Below, piece by piece: positions 60,194 through 64,000 of a stretch of 64,000 bases of DNA. The first letter of the stretch is position 1. The number at the start of each line of letters is the position of its first letter. Below the pieces are notes generated by a model, which had not been told where the DNA came from, did not search any database, and saw only the letters and a list, made by a program, of their open reading frames with translations. The translations under genes were made by a program, and so were the position numbers. Source of the stretch: Myxococcota bacterium (lineage in GTDB: Bacteria > Myxococcota_A > UBA796 > CAJQPC01); NCBI GenBank assembly GCA_036229005.1, contig JAZAMN010000034.1:21729-85728 (forward strand). Direction: 5' to 3'.

Positions 60194-60222
60194 TTGACAT
60201 TCAGGGGCGGCCGTCGTACCTC
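60194..60222 (+). promoter_or_regulatory. Putative sigma70-type promoter for the zinc-ribbon gene and mreB
   Basis: TTGACA (60194-60199), 17 nt, TACCTC (60217-60222). Confidence 0.5.
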
Positions 60223-60254
60223 TGCCCTTCGATTGGGCCCCCTTCGGAGACCGC

Positions 60255-60752
60255 ATGTCCACCAAGACCTGCCCCAGCTGCCAGGAAGAAGTCCCCGCTG
60301 CAGCACCGCGCTGCAAGCACTGCTTCCACGACTTCACGGAGGCCCCTCCCAAGAAGAGCGGTGGCCCCATCGCTCTGCTCGGGATGCTGGCTGTCATGGC
60401 CCTCATCGCCGCCGGTGTGTTCTACCTCAAGGGCCAGCGCCCTGGAGCGGAGAGCGTGCTGGTGGACGCCGAGACCGCCTCCGTCATCTTCACCACCAAG
60501 TACAAGGACCGGACGGAGACCGACCGCGTCAACTTCGACCAGGTGGCGAACGTGGAGATGGTGACCGGCGGCAAGGGCGCGCGCTACCAGATCGTCCTCG
60601 TGACCCTCAGCGGCGACCGCTACGTGCTGGAGTCCTCCGACTCCAAGCCCCTCTCCGGGCAGGCCGAGCACTACGCCGCCGTCATCGACAAGCCTCTGGT
60701 CGAGAAGAACGAGGCCCGCGGCTTCGGAGACCTCGGGACCGGCGGCCAGTAG
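60255..60752 (+). CDS. Zinc-ribbon single-pass membrane protein
   Basis: CPSC-x10-CKHC at the N-terminus, one TM helix, beta-rich C-terminal domain. GGAG SD. Confidence 0.75.
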   Translation: MSTKTCPSCQEEVPAAAPRCKHCFHDFTEAPPKKSGGPIALLGMLAVMALIAAGVFYLKGQRPGAESVLVDAETASVIFTTKYKDRTETDRVNFDQVANVEMVTGGKGARYQIVLVTLSGDRYVLESSDSKPLSGQAEHYAAVIDKPLVEKNEARGFGDLGTGGQ

Positions 60753-60755
60753 GCC

Positions 60756-61787
60756 GTGTCCGCCTTCAAGAAGCGGCTCAGCCGCGATCTGGCCATCGAT
60801 CTGGGGACAGCCAACACCCTGGTCTGGGCTGAGGGCAAAGGGATCGTGCTGGAGGAGCCCAGCGTCGTCGCCGTGCACCGCTCCGAGTCTGGAGCCTACG
60901 GCGACGTGCTCGCTGTGGGCGCCGAGGCCAAGGAGATGCTCGGCCGAACGCCGGGGTCCATCGTCGCCGTCCGTCCCCTCAAGGACGGCGTCATCGCTGA
61001 CTTCCACGTGACCGAGGAGATGCTCCGCGCCTTCATCCGGCGCGCCATCGGCCGCTCTCCCATGGTCAAGCCCCTCGTGCTCGTCTGCATCCCCTTCGGC
61101 CTGACCGAGGTCGAGAAGCGCGCAGTCTACGAGTCCGCCCGCTCCGCAGGTGCCCGCGAGGTCCAGCTCATCTCCGAGCCCATGGCCGCCGCCCTCGGCG
61201 CCGGGATGCCCGTGCTGGAGCCCGTCGGCAACCTGGTGGTCGACATCGGCGGCGGCACCAGCGAGATCGCGGTCCTCTCCCTGGGGGGCGCGGTCCAGAG
61301 CAAGAGCCTGCGCGTGGCCGGCGACCACCTCAACAGCGCCATCGCCACGGTCGTACAGAACGAGCACGGCATCTACATCGGCGAGCGCACGGCCGAGGCC
61401 CTCAAGCTTGATGTCGGCACCGCGCTCCCCCAGCGTCCTCCGCTGGTCACCGTGGTCAAGGGGCGAGACCGGGTCTCCGGGATCCCCCGCCAGGTGCACG
61501 TCAGCTCCGAGGAGATCCGCCACGCCATCCAGCCCCTGCTTCGCAAGCTGGTCGAGGCCATCCGCGAAGTCCTGGAGTCCACCCCGCCCGAACTCGCCGG
61601 CGACATCCTCCAGCGGGGCATGGTCCTCTGTGGCGGTGGTGCGCTGCTCCGGGGGCTGGATCAATACCTCGCCGACGAGACCGGCCTGCCCGTCGTACTC
61701 GCCGATGACCCGCTGCGCTCCGTCGTCAAGGGTGCGGGGCGTGCGCTGGAAGATGCGTCGCTGTCCGAACGGGTCGTCCTTCGCTGA
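60756..61787 (+). CDS. mreB: MreB-family actin-like protein
   Basis: AIDLGTANT, EPSVVA, RPLKDGVIADF, TEVEKRAV, EPMAAALGAG, VDIGGGT, IGERTAE.LK, TPPELA.DI, GGGALL. Confidence 0.92.
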   Translation: MSAFKKRLSRDLAIDLGTANTLVWAEGKGIVLEEPSVVAVHRSESGAYGDVLAVGAEAKEMLGRTPGSIVAVRPLKDGVIADFHVTEEMLRAFIRRAIGRSPMVKPLVLVCIPFGLTEVEKRAVYESARSAGAREVQLISEPMAAALGAGMPVLEPVGNLVVDIGGGTSEIAVLSLGGAVQSKSLRVAGDHLNSAIATVVQNEHGIYIGERTAEALKLDVGTALPQRPPLVTVVKGRDRVSGIPRQVHVSSEEIRHAIQPLLRKLVEAIREVLESTPPELAGDILQRGMVLCGGGALLRGLDQYLADETGLPVVLADDPLRSVVKGAGRALEDASLSERVVLR

Positions 61788-62466
61788 GCGTGCACAGCGA
61801 CACCCCGCTCTCGTCCGCCACTGCCAGCGTCCGGTGCCCGCACAGGTCACCCAGGTTCAGCAGCCAGCCACCGCTCAGCGGGAAGAGCCCCGGTGTGTGG
61901 CTGTGGCCCATGACCACCAGCCTGCAGTCCGCTCCGAGCTGCGCCTGCGCCCAGAGCTTCTGCGCCTCCAGCACCCTGCTGTTGCCCTCGCCGGTGAGCC
62001 GATCTCCTGCCAGGTGGAGTCCCAGCCTCCGACGCTGAGCGGTGGGCAATCCAGCCATCAGCGCCGCAAAGCCCCTCCCCCGAAGCACCCTGCGCGTCAC
62101 CCGATAGCCCAAGCTCCGGTCAGCCTCGTCTCCGTGAAACATGCGACAGGGCAGGCCAACGAGGTGGGTCTGTATCGAGCTGGCCACCCTCACCCCCAGG
62201 CTGGGGATGGCCTCCCCCACCGCAAAGTCATGATTCCCCGGAACGAGGTGAACCGTGGTGCCCGCTGATACACATTGCTCCAGCACCTGCAGCGTCTGTT
62301 GATACACCGGATCCACGCGCTGCCCCCGGCCCCACCAGAAGTGGAACACATCGCCCAGCAGGAACACGCGCTCCCAGCTCTGCTCCAGCAACAGCACGCG
62401 CAGCTCGCCGACCAAGGGGTCCTGGTCACCCAGCAAGTGCAGATCGGAGAGCAGCAAGTCCGCCAT
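61726..62466 (-). CDS. lpxH: UDP-2,3-diacylglucosamine diphosphatase-like metallophosphoesterase
   Basis: SDLHL, LLGDVF.FW, GNHDF, HGD, GHSH, NLGD. Confidence 0.75.
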   Translation of the reverse strand: MADLLLSDLHLLGDQDPLVGELRVLLLEQSWERVFLLGDVFHFWWGRGQRVDPVYQQTLQVLEQCVSAGTTVHLVPGNHDFAVGEAIPSLGVRVASSIQTHLVGLPCRMFHGDEADRSLGYRVTRRVLRGRGFAALMAGLPTAQRRRLGLHLAGDRLTGEGNSRVLEAQKLWAQAQLGADCRLVVMGHSHTPGLFPLSGGWLLNLGDLCGHRTLAVADESGVSLCTLSEGRPVRTATHLPAHAPHP

Positions 62467-62496
62467 GCGGAAGCCTATCGCGGTTAGGGAGCACGC

Positions 62497-63774
62497 ATGC
62501 AGCGTCCCCTACCTGAGCGAATGCGGCCCCAGAACCTGGACGAGGTTGTGGGCCAAGAGCACGTCCTGTCCCAAGACTCGCCCTTTCGGCGGGCGCTGGA
62601 CCGCGGCACTGTGCGGTCCATCCTGCTCGTGGGGCCCCCCGGCTGTGGCAAGACCACCCTGGCTCGGCTGGTCGCTCAGGAGGCCAAGGCGCGCTTTGAG
62701 ACCCTCTCGGCCGTGCTTGATGGCAAGGCGGAGCTCCGCGACGCCCTCAAGCGGGCTCGCGCGGCGCAGACCGGACTCACTCCCCAGGGCACCGTGCTGT
62801 TCGTGGACGAGATCCACCGCTGGAACAAGGCCCAGCAGGACGCGCTGCTCCCCCATGTGGAGGACGGCACTCTGGTGCTCATCGGCGCGACCACCGAGCA
62901 CCCGGGCTTTGCGCTCCGACGCACCCTGCTCTCCAGGATGGAGACCATCCGCCTGCAGCCCCTGGATCGCAGCGAGATCGTCGGCCTGCTGGAGCGCGCT
63001 CTGTCCGAGAATCGGGGCCTGGCGGAGCAGAACCTGGACGCAGACCTGGATGCGCTGGACCGCATCGCACAGCTCGCCGACGGAGACGCGCGCTACGCGC
63101 TCAACCTGTTGGAGCGCGCGACCGACGCCCTGAACTCAGGGGGGACCCTCACCCTCGAGGTGGTCGAGGCCCGCCTGGACAAGACCCTCACATCGGTCGC
63201 CCTGGACGAGGAGGCCCACTACGACCTGGCCTCGGCCCTCATCAAGTCGATGCGCGGGAGCGACCCCAATGGGGCGGTGTACTGGTCGGCGCGGCTCCTG
63301 GAAGCCGGGGAGGACCCCGCCTTTCTCGCCCGCCGCCTCGTGATCTTCGCAAGCGAGGACGTCGGCAACGCCGACCCTCGAGCTCTCACCCTGGCGGTCG
63401 CCTGCCAACAGGGTGTGGAGCGCATCGGAATGCCAGAGGCGCGACTCTTGATGGGCCAGGCCGTGACCTACCTGGCCACGGCCCCCAAGAGCAATGCAGC
63501 TTACATGGCCATCAATCAAGCCCTGCAGGAGGTGCAGGCCTCTGGGGCACTGCCTGTCCCGATGCACCTTCGGAATGCTGCGACCAAGGTCCACAAATCC
63601 GAGGGCGCCGGCAAGGGCTATCTGTACCCGCACGACGCTCCATTCGCCGTGGTGAAGCAGGACTACCTGCCCGAGCGGCTCAAGAACAAGGCCTTCTACA
63701 AGCCCAAGGCCTGGGGGAATGAGAAGCTGATCGCCGAGCGCCTGGCCTGGTGGGCGAGCAAGCGGCAGGGGTGA
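62497..63774 (+). CDS. rarA: Replication-associated recombination protein A (MgsA/RarA)
   Basis: PL.ERMRP..L.EVVGQ.H, GPPGCGKTT, FVDEIHR.NKAQQD.LLP, GATTE, KSMRGSD, SEDVGNADP, YLYPHD. Confidence 0.95.
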   Translation: MQRPLPERMRPQNLDEVVGQEHVLSQDSPFRRALDRGTVRSILLVGPPGCGKTTLARLVAQEAKARFETLSAVLDGKAELRDALKRARAAQTGLTPQGTVLFVDEIHRWNKAQQDALLPHVEDGTLVLIGATTEHPGFALRRTLLSRMETIRLQPLDRSEIVGLLERALSENRGLAEQNLDADLDALDRIAQLADGDARYALNLLERATDALNSGGTLTLEVVEARLDKTLTSVALDEEAHYDLASALIKSMRGSDPNGAVYWSARLLEAGEDPAFLARRLVIFASEDVGNADPRALTLAVACQQGVERIGMPEARLLMGQAVTYLATAPKSNAAYMAINQALQEVQASGALPVPMHLRNAATKVHKSEGAGKGYLYPHDAPFAVVKQDYLPERLKNKAFYKPKAWGNEKLIAERLAWWASKRQG

Positions 63775-63858
63775 GCTCCACCTGGGTTCTGGGGGCACCC
63801 AGTCCGGTTCACTGGCCAGCCTGTTTCACTGGCAGGTGTGAGAGGAAGCAAGGAACGC

Positions 63859-63904
63859 AAAAAACCGCCCCGGGAGTGCAGCAGGCACTCAACCGGGACG
63901 GTTT
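63859..63904 (-). terminator. Intrinsic terminator of the rRNA operon
   Basis: Minus strand AAACCGTCCCGG-tt-GAGTGC-loop-GCACTC-CCGGGGCGG-TTTTTT immediately after the 5S gene. Confidence 0.8.
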
Positions 63905-63912
63905 GATGTGAA

Positions 63913-64000
63913 GGGCGGCGACAACCTACTCTCCCACAGCGTGACCGCTGCAGTACCATCGGCTTCTTGAGGCTTAACTTCCGTGTTCGGAATGGGAACG
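63913..64000 (-). rRNA. rrf: 5S rRNA (3' part; 5' end outside the window)
   Basis: Reverse complement reads CCCATTCCGAACACGGAAGTTAAGC...GCCGATGGTACTGC...GTGGGAGAGTAGG..GTCGCCG, the conserved 5S core. Confidence 0.96.

Overview
High-GC core-genome window from a diderm bacterium. Gene order and protein types suggest Myxococcota/'Deltaproteobacteria' (inference only). The first ~30 kb is a nearly continuous, translationally coupled minus-strand housekeeping superoperon. In transcription order it runs RNHCP-tilS-ftsH-folP-cdaA-cdaR-glmM-nnr-tsaE-comEA-iscS-mnmA-rnc-era-der-mutL-miaA, then a lipoprotein, then accA-aroA-cmk-rpsA-lapA-DsbA-like-rsmB-mutS-xerD-asd-GT-C glycosyltransferase. Next come a HEAT-cyclophilin, a plsX-GNAT-SGNH cluster, a Ser/Thr kinase-STAND-TPR gene, a pentapeptide-repeat gene and the pdhABC-lpdA operon. 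An envelope cluster follows (small OMP, peptidase/PD40/Omp85 fusion, TPR-lytic transglycosylase, sppA, orphan mreB, lpxH), then rarA and the 3' end of a 5S rRNA gene. I saw no prophage, IS, CRISPR array or tRNA. The most unusual element is a ~290-bp intergenic structure at 55531-55819. It has 3 + 4 inverted copies of an exactly 31-bp-periodic GCTACG-N9-TGAGCG unit flanking a spacer with 10-bp-phased A/T tracts. Other notable points: a MutL lacking the endonuclease motifs, repeated leaderless-type promoters (one bidirectional), an SxxC DsbA-like lipoprotein and a probable CTG start codon.
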